Shown here: piece by piece, positions 9,830 through 18,929 of the stretch
How the letters are laid out: every line of letters begins with the position of its first letter
How positions within the stretch are numbered: the stretch's first letter is position 1
Assembly: GCA_039029455.1 (NCBI GenBank)
Contig: JBCCGE010000003.1
Coordinates: forward strand, 20,542 to 84,541
Reading direction: 5' to 3'
Length of the DNA stretch: 64,000 nucleotides
Origin: Pseudomonadota bacterium
GTDB taxonomy: Bacteria; Pseudomonadota; Gammaproteobacteria; Arenicellales; Poriferihabitantaceae
Notes under the pieces: model-generated
What the model was told of the DNA's origin: nothing
The model's input: only the letters and a program-made list of their open reading frames with translations
The model's database searches: none
Position numbers and translations under genes: made by a program

Positions 9830-9959
9830 CGTTTATCCCCTGTCTGTATTTAACGGCTGATAAGCCGGGTCCGACCGGTTTTTCAGCAGGAATAAAAATG
9901 TACCAATGGTTGATTAGAATGGATTGAAGATTACTGCTTGATGTTTTGTATTTTCTTGC

Positions 9960-10871
9960 TCAGGACTTTCCCGCAAATTGCTTTTGAAACTGGCCGGGAG
10001 TTATGCCGAAATGGCTTTTGAACGCTCTGGTGAAATGCGACTGGTCTGTAAAGCCGAGGTTCAATGCCACAGACGCAATATCGTTTTGCGGCATTGCCAG
10101 CATCAGTTCAGACTTCTCCAGCCGCTTTTGCAAGAGATACTGATAGGGGGTAATACCTGTCAGCTTTTTGAATTCGCGCAAAAAATAATATTTGCTGCAC
10201 CCAAGTAAATCGGCCAGGTCATCTACCATCACCGGTTCGCTGACATGGGAATCAATATAAGCACTGACCTTATCGACCTGAATCTGGTCGAATTTTGACA
10301 GCGACGACTGCGCGTTCTGAAGATCCGGGTAGTTTGAATAGTTTTGAATGTAATGTGTCGCTAGCAGCGATAACAGATTCCTGAGATAGGTGTATCCATT
10401 TCGACCGGCGGCTTCGGCCTCTACAACGAACAACTCAATAATGCCCTTTATCGTCTGGTCCTGAACGTTGTAGTTGTTCAAAAAGCGCAGCTGGTGTTTT
10501 TTTATGCTGGTTGTGCAGTTCTCCAGAAATGTTTCTTCTTCTATCGCGAGGATGACAAAATAACACGGCTCATCAATAGTATGAGAAAAAGCACTGTTCG
10601 GAGGATTAATCCAGATGTCTCCCGGACTGGTTTTCAGCGCTCTCAGCCCGACGTCGGTTCTGACACTCCAGTGCAGATCCTGTTGGAGCGCCAAAGCAAA
10701 ATAAAAATAAGGAGTGTAGACATCTGTTGGATAAAAGTGTGGTGAGCTCCCCTGTTCCAGAATAACTCCCGACCAGTCCAGACCGTCACTGGAAAAATTA
10801 ATCTCCAGAACTTCGCCACAATTGGAAAGACTGTCGGTTGCGTGATCGAAAAATTTCAGTCTGCTCTTCAT
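9960..10871 (-). CDS. AraC family transcriptional regulator
   Basis: C-terminal double HTH: LADLLGCSKYYFLREFKKLTGITPYQY and ASVALNLGFTDQSHFTRAFKSHFGITPGQF. Confidence 0.85.
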   Translation of the reverse strand: MKSRLKFFDHATDSLSNCGEVLEINFSSDGLDWSGVILEQGSSPHFYPTDVYTPYFYFALALQQDLHWSVRTDVGLRALKTSPGDIWINPPNSAFSHTIDEPCYFVILAIEEETFLENCTTSIKKHQLRFLNNYNVQDQTIKGIIELFVVEAEAAGRNGYTYLRNLLSLLATHYIQNYSNYPDLQNAQSSLSKFDQIQVDKVSAYIDSHVSEPVMVDDLADLLGCSKYYFLREFKKLTGITPYQYLLQKRLEKSELMLAMPQNDIASVALNLGFTDQSHFTRAFKSHFGITPGQFQKQFAGKS

Positions 10872-10964
10872 ACTGACTAAATACTGATTAGCATTAATGA
10901 ACCTGCAGCCCGCGGGATGCTTTAATTTCTCGCAGTTCGCAGCCAGCAGAACCTGTTGTTCTGT

Positions 10965-12071
10965 TTACTCGCATACCGTCGTCGGCTGCTGTAATCTGGA
11001 AGACAGTTCGAGGAAGCGTTCTCCAGCCTCCGCAATCAGTCGCTGCGTTATGCGCACAGCCGATTGTGACTGTCCCAGCCCGGCAGATTGCCCGCTCAGG
11101 TAAGAAGAGAACTCCGTCGAGCCATCGGCTTCTGCCTTCACTTTGAACTGCGAGAGCACACCATAACCCATGGGAAAGGTCATAGGCTGCGCGTGAATCG
11201 GGCCAAGCTCACGGGTTAGTCGGGTGGCGAAGCCACGAGCCGGTCTTCCGGAGAACACGTTGGTCAGAACGGTACCATTGTCGGGCGCCGCGGCCAGCTT
11301 TTGGCGATGAAAGTCGTTGGCCCATGACTCGTCAGCGAAAAGATACGCGGTACCAATCTGCACAGCGGATGCACCCAGTGCGAAAGCCGCCGCTATACCG
11401 CGGCCATCGCCGATACCACCCGCTGCGATCACCGGAACACTGACGGCATCGACAACCTGCGGTACCAGCGCCATTGTGCCCGCCTGCTCCGCAACAGTTT
11501 TGGACAAAAACATCCCGCGATGACCGCCCGCCTCGGTACCCTGCGCAATTACTGCATCACAGCCGTGCTGTTCCAGCCAGATAGCTTCCTCGACGGTATT
11601 GGCTGAGCTGATCACTCGACATCCGGCGGCTTTAACCCGTTCGACCAGTTTTGATTCCGGAAGACCGAAATGAAAGCTGGCGACTGCAGGGCGAATGTCT
11701 TCAATCAGCTGGCAGTGTTCCTCTCCAAAAGGAACCTTGTTTGACGACTCCGCGCCGAGACTCGGAGTGATGTCGAGCTCCTCGCAGTAAGGTTCAAACT
11801 CGTCCAGCCACTGTTTTTCGACCTTCACATCATGTTCCTTAAACGAATGACAGAAAAAGTTGAGGCTGAACGGTTTGCCGGAATTTTTGTGCACGTCGGA
11901 GGCGTGTTTGCGGATGGCTTCAACCGACAGCCCGGCGCAGGGCAGAGAACCCAAACCACCTGAATTACACACTTCTATGGCAAGTTCCGGACCAGCGGAA
12001 CCAGCCATTGGCGCAAGGACAATCGGGTGTTCGATTCCAAACATTTCAGCTATTCGCGTGTCGGGCGACAT
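10965..12071 (-). CDS. Nitronate monooxygenase (NMO/2-nitropropane dioxygenase family)
   Basis: HPIVLAPMAGSAGPELAIEVCNSGGLGSLP and VIAAGGIGDGRGIAAAFALGASAVQIGTAY. Confidence 0.85.
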   Translation of the reverse strand: MSPDTRIAEMFGIEHPIVLAPMAGSAGPELAIEVCNSGGLGSLPCAGLSVEAIRKHASDVHKNSGKPFSLNFFCHSFKEHDVKVEKQWLDEFEPYCEELDITPSLGAESSNKVPFGEEHCQLIEDIRPAVASFHFGLPESKLVERVKAAGCRVISSANTVEEAIWLEQHGCDAVIAQGTEAGGHRGMFLSKTVAEQAGTMALVPQVVDAVSVPVIAAGGIGDGRGIAAAFALGASAVQIGTAYLFADESWANDFHRQKLAAAPDNGTVLTNVFSGRPARGFATRLTRELGPIHAQPMTFPMGYGVLSQFKVKAEADGSTEFSSYLSGQSAGLGQSQSAVRITQRLIAEAGERFLELSSRLQQPTTVCE

Positions 12072-12192
12072 AACTATTTCCCCTTATGTTTCGGTTGAAG
12101 GTGTTCTCGGTTTTTCCGAACCTTACCACTTTCCATGTTGTTTAAACCGGGCACTAATCCCGGGTCGGTTACAGACAGAATGAATACTGATG

Positions 12193-13563
12193 TCAGTCCA
12201 GCGAGAACAGGGTGCTGCGGACACCGTGAAAACTGTTCCAGGCGAACCAGTAGGCTAAACGACCCGGGAGCCGGGGTAAACGATCATCGTCAGTCACCGA
12301 GTCCAGTGAATTTTCTGACAGTTGCCATGCCCGGCCGTCGGTCGAGTAGAAACGACCGCGGGCATCGGGCGTGCCCAGAAAGGTGACATCAGCAGGTTTC
12401 AGATACGCGCGTACAGTTCTCGATTCATACGATCCAATCAGTACGATCGAATTAATGCCGATTTGATCGTTAATGACAGTTTGCTGTGCAAATGCAGACA
12501 GAGGCCAGGCACGCGCGGCGCCCGTTGTCAGAAGCCCAAATACACGATCTTTGCGCTGCAATACAGACTCATCATCAACAAATACGGGAAACATAAGGTC
12601 CGGGCTTGCGAAGTAATCCTTGTATGCCTGACCACTGCCATAGTCACGGTTAAAGCCCGTTTTCAAAGACAGTACTTTGGTGTTCGGGTGTTGTTGTCGC
12701 CACGAATACCAGGTCGTTGTGGTCATAGGACGGACGCTAAGCCTGATTCCGGAGCCTGCGAGTTCCCCGGATACCGGATGACCGGTGAACTGGTTCCACA
12801 GACTTCGCGTTTGCCGGTCATACATCAGCTTGTTTGAACGGTACAGCAGACCCGACGATCCGAATGTGAATGGTTCTTCGTTGGCCAGCGTTTTTCCCTC
12901 ATACAAAATGCCCGCGCCGCAGAGTGTGCAGTAAGCCAATGAAACGGGAACTCCGCCAACAACATCGTTCAGCATTTCGTGCCAACCCAGAATCCGGAGC
13001 GGATAGGCGCGTTGGTCGCCGTTAATTTCAACGCCAAAAACCAGATCGTCATCCAGCAGGTAATCAGCCTCCGCCGCTGTTGACATCGCCGGCGCGTCCA
13101 GCGGCACAATCTCGTCCAGACGAACTCCGCCCCAGTGAACTTCCTCAAGTCGAATCTCAAGTGGTTTGACAGAGCCATCGGGATTGTCAAAAAAATCGAG
13201 AAAGCGACGATCGGTATTTCCCAGGAACCGAAGCTTCAGATCGCGAAAGCTCGGGTCCGGCACAACTTCAGGATGTTGCTCCTGCCAGTCGTAGGCATCA
13301 TGCCAGGTCGCAATTGTTTCGCCGGTTAGTGCGGAGAGCGCTTTAGCAACATGGATATTGTCGCCCGTAAGACGCATCGCCAGAACCAGCGTTGGAATGA
13401 GTGACCGATCGCCCCGTGCAACAAGACTATCGACAATGTGCTTTTTTTCTTCACCCTGAACTGAAAACAACTGTAGTGACAGACTCTCTATGGTGTTCTG
13501 TTCAGCGGCAAACCCTGACTGAGAGATCATTGCGGTAAACAATGCAAATACAAATGCTTTCAA
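12193..13563 (-). CDS. DUF3179 domain-containing secreted protein
   Basis: Signal peptide MKAFVFALFTAMISQSGFA and the core motif VPVSLAYCTLCGAGILYEG, which I associate with DUF3179. Confidence 0.75.
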   Translation of the reverse strand: MKAFVFALFTAMISQSGFAAEQNTIESLSLQLFSVQGEEKKHIVDSLVARGDRSLIPTLVLAMRLTGDNIHVAKALSALTGETIATWHDAYDWQEQHPEVVPDPSFRDLKLRFLGNTDRRFLDFFDNPDGSVKPLEIRLEEVHWGGVRLDEIVPLDAPAMSTAAEADYLLDDDLVFGVEINGDQRAYPLRILGWHEMLNDVVGGVPVSLAYCTLCGAGILYEGKTLANEEPFTFGSSGLLYRSNKLMYDRQTRSLWNQFTGHPVSGELAGSGIRLSVRPMTTTTWYSWRQQHPNTKVLSLKTGFNRDYGSGQAYKDYFASPDLMFPVFVDDESVLQRKDRVFGLLTTGAARAWPLSAFAQQTVINDQIGINSIVLIGSYESRTVRAYLKPADVTFLGTPDARGRFYSTDGRAWQLSENSLDSVTDDDRLPRLPGRLAYWFAWNSFHGVRSTLFSLD

Positions 13564-13682
13564 GACTGGTCGACTCTATGAATCCAAACAATCAGACACT
13601 TAATGCTTAACCTGGGTTCATTATTTTACTGATTCAGCAGCTCTTGAACCCTGACGCGTGGGTCTGCCTCGGAATTTAATTT

Positions 13683-13698
13683 TGTGATCTGTTTAACA
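13683..13698. promoter_or_regulatory. CRP-like box TGTGATCTGTTTAACA (TGTGA-N6-TAACA)
   Basis: One mismatch to the TGTGA-N6-TCACA core. It lies about 80 nt upstream of the ATG at 13777. Confidence 0.35.
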
Positions 13699-13776
13699 GA
13701 ATTAGTTCGGAAGTTGTGATTAGATTTCATCTACGAATCGAATTACAAACTCACACCAGACAAAAGGAGAATCCAC

Positions 13777-14421
13777 ATGACCGTGTTTTTTGATCGAATC
13801 ATCCAAAATCTGGAACGGCAGATAGATCGTTTCCCCGTCACCCGACTCATTGAACAGCATGTCTGTTTGCACAATGTGTCTAAAACCTTTGAAGTCGAAC
13901 TTCTACAGGATGTGCCCAGATTTCAGATTTGTCAGGGTGACCAGTGTTCGAATGTAAAAGACAACTGGGGATTTGGGTCCGCCGCATTGATTTCATACAA
14001 TTGTGACAGTCCGTTGAGCGAAAGGCTGTTATCTACCCTTGAAGGGTCGTATGTGTCAGCCGGAGTGGTTTTTGGCAATGAGTTCAGACGCGGTGTGCAG
14101 GTCGGACGGGTGTATTTCCGCGATCTGAATCAGCATCAGACCGGCCGTGGGATCATGTCAGGCAACTCCAACATTCAGAGCCACCATCAACCGATTTACG
14201 ATGACCCAAAGTGCGACTCATCAGCGTACATGGACGGCGAGTTCAGGGGTGTTCTTGAAGATCCGATATCGAATGAGAAGTGCATTTTGGCCGTGCAGTA
14301 TTCAATGAAATATGAATACAGTGAATCGCGGCACGAGGGCACCATCTCTGGCATCCTGGAAGGGTCTATCGTTTGCGAATGTGCGCCTTCAGACCACCAT
14401 GAAGACAAAACCAAAAAATAG
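13777..14421 (+). CDS. Hypothetical cytoplasmic Cys-rich protein (no family recognised)
   Basis: 214-aa ORF with a strong SD (aaaggaga N7 ATG), 9 Cys and no signal peptide. I recognise no motif. Confidence 0.55.
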   Translation: MTVFFDRIIQNLERQIDRFPVTRLIEQHVCLHNVSKTFEVELLQDVPRFQICQGDQCSNVKDNWGFGSAALISYNCDSPLSERLLSTLEGSYVSAGVVFGNEFRRGVQVGRVYFRDLNQHQTGRGIMSGNSNIQSHHQPIYDDPKCDSSAYMDGEFRGVLEDPISNEKCILAVQYSMKYEYSESRHEGTISGILEGSIVCECAPSDHHEDKTKK

Positions 14422-14507
14422 CCGGAGATGCTGCGACCCCAATCAGCGATCGCGAGGAGAGCCTGTTGGATGGAAGCGGTGGGAATCTGATTAACTCAGC
14501 GAGCGAA

Positions 14508-15122
14508 TCAGTCGGTTACCAGTCCTGCGCGGGCGGCGAACGGATCCCAGTCGGGATCGTCGTGCCATTCGTATTCACTTCCCTCCGCCATATCGACAGC
14601 AACCTCGGGTCCAAACAGATGCGCCAGAACAGCCAGCGCCATATCGATGCCCGCGGATACACCGGATGAGGTGAAAAACTTGCCATCTTCAACCCAGCGG
14701 GCCTTTTTGACCCAGTCTACTTTTGGGCCGAGATGGATGGTGTCACTAAAATCGATCTTGTTGGTTGTTGCTCTGTGGCCATCCAGAACGCCCGTGGTCG
14801 CAAGCAGAATACTGCCGGTGCATACCGTCATTACAAGCTCTGCGCGATCTGTCGTCTGCACAATCCATTGTGCAATATTGCTTTTCTTTGCTGCATCCAG
14901 AGCGCTGTCACCGCCGGGAATAAACAGCAGGTCATAGTCGGTGCCATCGTTCAGAGTTTTATCAACACACAACCTCTGTCCGTGCACACTGGGCACGGCA
15001 TCCAGAGTTTCAGCCACTATAGTGATCTCAATATCGTTGCGCATACTGCCCAGCATTTCCAGGGGTCCAAACAGATCAAGAGTCTGGAAGCCGGGAAAAA
15101 TCAGAACTGCAAGTGATTTCAT
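14508..15122 (-). CDS. DJ-1/PfpI family protein
   Basis: Nucleophile elbow VMTVCTGSILLATTGVLDGHRATT; 204 aa. Confidence 0.85.
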   Translation of the reverse strand: MKSLAVLIFPGFQTLDLFGPLEMLGSMRNDIEITIVAETLDAVPSVHGQRLCVDKTLNDGTDYDLLFIPGGDSALDAAKKSNIAQWIVQTTDRAELVMTVCTGSILLATTGVLDGHRATTNKIDFSDTIHLGPKVDWVKKARWVEDGKFFTSSGVSAGIDMALAVLAHLFGPEVAVDMAEGSEYEWHDDPDWDPFAARAGLVTD

Positions 15123-15379
15123 AGGTGTCTCCTGAATATGAGTATGTCGTTAATTTGAACAGGAATGAACATTCGGGCCGACGCCAGCCCCGGACGTTTT
15201 TAACAAATTGCCATCGTTGAGTTTATCCAGAACCGATTGGTTTATCCCGGATCGATACCCTATTTTTTGCGGGCACTTTAAAGCACAACAGATATGAATT
15301 GAAGACTGGCTTTTCCGCAATTTTGAGGCTTTTGATTATTACAAAACACGACGCTAGAAGGGTTGCCGAATCGAAAAAA

Positions 15380-16444
15380 TCAGCCCGGATTGACGGTTGG
15401 ACCGCGTTTCAGTGTTAGCGCCTTCCGTTCGACAATGTGCCATGAAGCAATGGCCAACAGCACTGTGATCGAAAACGAAATCGCGAAGAAGGCTGGCAGC
15501 GACAGGTTCGGCACGACCTGTTCAAGACCCTGCTGGATTGGGTAACCAAAAATATAGATTCCGTAAGAATAGTCGCCGAGCTTGTTGAAGGCCAGAACAG
15601 GACCGCGAATGCCGTAGGCGAAGTAAAGCACCAGATAACCCAGCGCCCCGTAGAACGCAGCAGTAAACAACAATCTGCTAGTGAGTCCCGCAGCAGCTAT
15701 ACCGATGACAACGATCACGGCGACCCAAATTGAAACCGGGATGTGGCGGTTCAGACCATACATCAATACGCCCAGCATAAACATCGCACCCAGTCTGAAA
15801 GCGTCTTTGCCCAAAATGATTGCGTATTCGTCGGTTCTGCCCGCATAGTTGAACACGAAGGTGCTGAAAAAAACGAAAAACGCAGCGCCGATAAAAATGA
15901 AAAACCATCTCGGACTTATCTTTGCGCGAAACATACAGCCGAACACAGCAAGGAGCGCGTAGCACCAGATCTCATACGGCAGACTCCATAGCGGTGCATT
16001 TACAGTAGGGCTGTGATTCGAATCCAGAAAAACACCGGGAAGTTCTTCGGGGATATCAGGCCAGACCAGGATGGCATTTTTCAACGCATACAGATGCACC
16101 AAAGGGTTGGCCAGAAAATCTATCGGATAAAGTTGGGAAAATGCGGTGCCGACAAAATAAGTGCTGAACAAAACCGCAATTATGAGTGCGGGGTAGACGC
16201 GTAAAACCCGAGCCCGAACATAGTCTCCGATATTTTTGCGATCGAGATAGCTTTTTGTCACCAGAAAGCCGCTGATAACGAAAAAAACGTTCAGTGAAAT
16301 GAATCCGAGAAGGGCGGGCTTACCTGTTGCGCCGAATCCAGCCAGAGAAAAACAATGACTGACAAAAACACCCGTAGCTGCCCCGAACCGAATCAGCTGA
16401 AAATTATTGTCTTTGGTATGCAGATACTCTGAGATTGTTCTCAT
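15380..16444 (-). CDS. Acyltransferase family 3 (OafA/YrhL-like) membrane O-acyltransferase
   Basis: 354 aa, polytopic, with N-terminal FQLIRFGAATGVFVSHCF, typical of acyltransferase_3. Confidence 0.8.
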   Translation of the reverse strand: MRTISEYLHTKDNNFQLIRFGAATGVFVSHCFSLAGFGATGKPALLGFISLNVFFVISGFLVTKSYLDRKNIGDYVRARVLRVYPALIIAVLFSTYFVGTAFSQLYPIDFLANPLVHLYALKNAILVWPDIPEELPGVFLDSNHSPTVNAPLWSLPYEIWCYALLAVFGCMFRAKISPRWFFIFIGAAFFVFFSTFVFNYAGRTDEYAIILGKDAFRLGAMFMLGVLMYGLNRHIPVSIWVAVIVVIGIAAAGLTSRLLFTAAFYGALGYLVLYFAYGIRGPVLAFNKLGDYSYGIYIFGYPIQQGLEQVVPNLSLPAFFAISFSITVLLAIASWHIVERKALTLKRGPTVNPG

Positions 16445-16509
16445 TAGCGAACTTTAGGATTCCGATATGAATGGAATCTCAATAGTGAGACTCCGGGCGT
16501 AATGAATGT

Positions 16510-16523
16510 CGTGAATATTCACG
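16510..16523. promoter_or_regulatory. 14-bp perfect palindrome CGTGAATATTCACG upstream of the acyltransferase gene
   Basis: Read directly; 66-79 nt upstream of the start at 16444. The cognate regulator is unknown. Confidence 0.3.
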
Positions 16524-16627
16524 ATACTTATTCAACACCGCAAAAAATGATAGCCTTCAATACGAGGGCGACGAATTTTCGTACAAAGAAATAATCAGAC
16601 AACAACAGATGTGCCCAGGGAGAAACA

Positions 16628-16816
16628 ATGGCGACATTTTTTGTCGATAGCGGTTCCGGCGATGATACCAATGATGGCTCGGATGTAAATCCGATTGCAA
16701 CAAATGGTCGAGCCATTGAACTCGTTACTGACAGCGATGTGAGAGTGGCAGCATTCGCATCGCTGGTGAATTTTATCGAGGAGCACCTGAGTAGTTTCCG
16801 CTACTGGCGCCACTAA
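16628..16816 (+). pseudogene. 62-codon ORF resembling only the N-terminus of a right-handed beta-helix (DUF1565/pectate-lyase-like) protein; probable gene remnant
   Basis: MATFFVDSGSGDDTNDGSDVNPIAT follows the 'YYVdp.GsD.ndGs...P..t' opening I associate with beta-helix proteins. There is a good SD (gggag), but the frame stops after 62 codons. Confidence 0.3.
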
Positions 16817-17000
16817 ATGATACGTTGATTAGAAGCTTTGTTCATGGTTCGGCCAGTAAGATTTTTGAATCGTAAACAAGTCTTCCGTTTTTTCTGAACG
16901 CGCTTCAGGCAATAAGATTCTTAGTGGCGTCTGCGCGATCCTGCTGAAATAACGGAGCACATTAAACGGGTATACTCGACATCTGTGTCGAGGATAAGTC

Positions 17001-17879
17001 ATGGTCGTAAAAAAAATCCGGGCCTTTGTAAAAGAGAAGCTGGTAAACAGCGTTTTTTTCAGACCGCTGATCAAAATCGGATTGAACAGCGTTGTGTCAC
17101 TGGAATTGTTCTACGAAAGAACTTTGGACTTGCTTCACAAGACTCCCGGTCAGTTGGGCGACGTGAGTCATGCTACTGCTGTAATAAAGACTTTTGAGCG
17201 ACCGAAAAAACTGCAAAGGCTTGTCAGCAGCATACGACGAACGTTTCCGATGCTGAAAATTATTATTGTGGACGACAGCAGAAACCCTATCTCGCTATCA
17301 GATACAGGCATCGAGAGGGTAACCCTTCCGTATGACAGCGGAGTGTCGGCAGGAAGGGCCGCAGGGTTGGAGCGAGTGACTACGCCCTATGTGATCAACC
17401 TGGATGACGACTACATATTCTCACGAAAGACCCGTCTGATACACGCGTTGGCGTATCTGGAGAGAAACAATAACGTTGATCTTGTCGCAGGAGAAGTCAC
17501 TTACTTGCCCTATTACATACGTTTTGACTACACGACGCATAAATTAATGAACTATCAGTCGAATCCTCTTTACGAAAAAGGTACTGAAATTGACGGTCTC
17601 AAGGTGTTTGAAAAATGCGCTAATTTTTTTGTTGCCAGAACTGACAAACTAAAATCTGTTGGTTGGGATCCGAACCTTAAGCGACTTGATCACGCTGATT
17701 TCTATACCCGTGCTCGCGGAAAGATCACCACTGTTTTTGATCCTGATATGGAGCTATTGCACGATCAGACTCATTTCGATCAGAATTATTTGAAAGTACG
17801 GCACGATTACTCTCAGGATTCGAAAGTTCTCAACGACCGTTACTCCGCGAATAAAAAAACAGGTGACAAAAACTCATAA
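17001..17879 (+). CDS. Glycosyltransferase (GT-A fold; motif series resembles animal B4GALNT/GT12-type GalNAc-transferases)
   Basis: [43 protein letters not shown] (DxD) and [28 protein letters not shown]. The region is visibly A/T-rich. Confidence 0.75.
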   Translation: [292 protein letters not shown]

Positions 17880-17994
17880 ATCGTAATCAATTCACCCGGA
17901 TCAGGCATCATCGGATTCGGCACAAACCGTTCTGGATCGACCGTGAAGACAAATCTGACTCAGTGCAGGGTCGGATGCTGTAGGTATCGGGAGT

Positions 17995-18666
17995 TCAAAG
18001 TAAGCCGGAAGTTTTAGAGCTGTTATTTACTGCAGACGATAAAAAGAAGGACCAGAGCACTGGCGGCGCCAAAGGCAGAACAGTACGCTGATCCTTAGAA
18101 CTCTATCCCCGACTGGCCGCGCGCCCTGAAAACGCGCTGCTTCTGGACGCTGAGCATCCGCTGTTACATGCGATGGATGCCATCACAATACCCTGCACAA
18201 AAAACGTGTTCTGGTCGATCTGTCCACTCACCACTACTGTTGTAACAGAGGGACCATCTGACCCGGCAGACACATCGTCAACAACTACTGAAGCATTGAT
18301 TAACCCAGACGCATTGACTACGCCCGGGTTCGTCTACAGTGATTGCCCAAAAACCTCAAGTGTAATGCTGCCATTGTTGTTTACCATAAAATCAGCTGAG
18401 CTCAGTAGACTGATGAAAGCGACATCGCAGTCACCATCATTGCGTCCAGGCTCGGCTATTTCAATTTACTAGCTGTTTATAAACGGTTCAAAGCCTGTGG
18501 ATGGGCTGCTATCCGTTGTCGGAGTTGAGCGAGCGTGAGCGGGCAGCAACACGCTGTCAACAATCGGCGTTGACCAGTGTGTTGGCAGGGTCTCCTTGGA
18601 CGCTATCAGCGCACGGGCCACTCCGCTTGGTCTTAGAAGTGCTTTTCTTCTGTTTTCGTTTTTCAC
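17995..18666 (-). pseudogene. Frame of 224 codons with a leader paralogous to the 25819 gene, interrupted by in-frame TAG-TAA (18469-18464), TAG (18336-18334) and TAG (18105-18103)
   Basis: Own translation. Segment 1 (65 aa, in the track) is MKNENRRKALL..HWSTPIVDSVLLPAHARSTPT. The same frame then continues IEIAEPGRNDGDCDV.., TNPGVVNASGLINASVVVDD.. and SSKDQRTVLPLAPPVLW.. to TGA at 17995. Alternatively, only the 65-aa ORF is real. Confidence 0.4.
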
Positions 18667-18929
18667 GGTGGTTTGGAATAATCAAAGGTAATTGGGCGAA
18701 CCGTCTGGGCCGCAGCCAAACTGAAGCTATCATTCCAATTGAATCTTGCAGTCACCCAAAAGGGTGATTTTTGCGTTCCTGGAGACCATTGATCGGATCA
18801 GAAAAGCACTGAAAGAACAAAACTATATACCCGGCTCGTGCTCTCATTATTCACCTTTGCAACTGTCGGGAAAATGACAATGCACGCCCGTGTTAGCATG
18901 AGCAAACGTCCTCTATTCCAGGGTTAAGC

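Noticed and set aside
18173-18472. 99-aa + strand ORF (Thr/Ser/Pro-rich)
   Set aside because: Its composition is what one expects for the antisense of the Val/Ser/Gly-rich minus-strand frame, which carries the paralogous leader. It has no SD.
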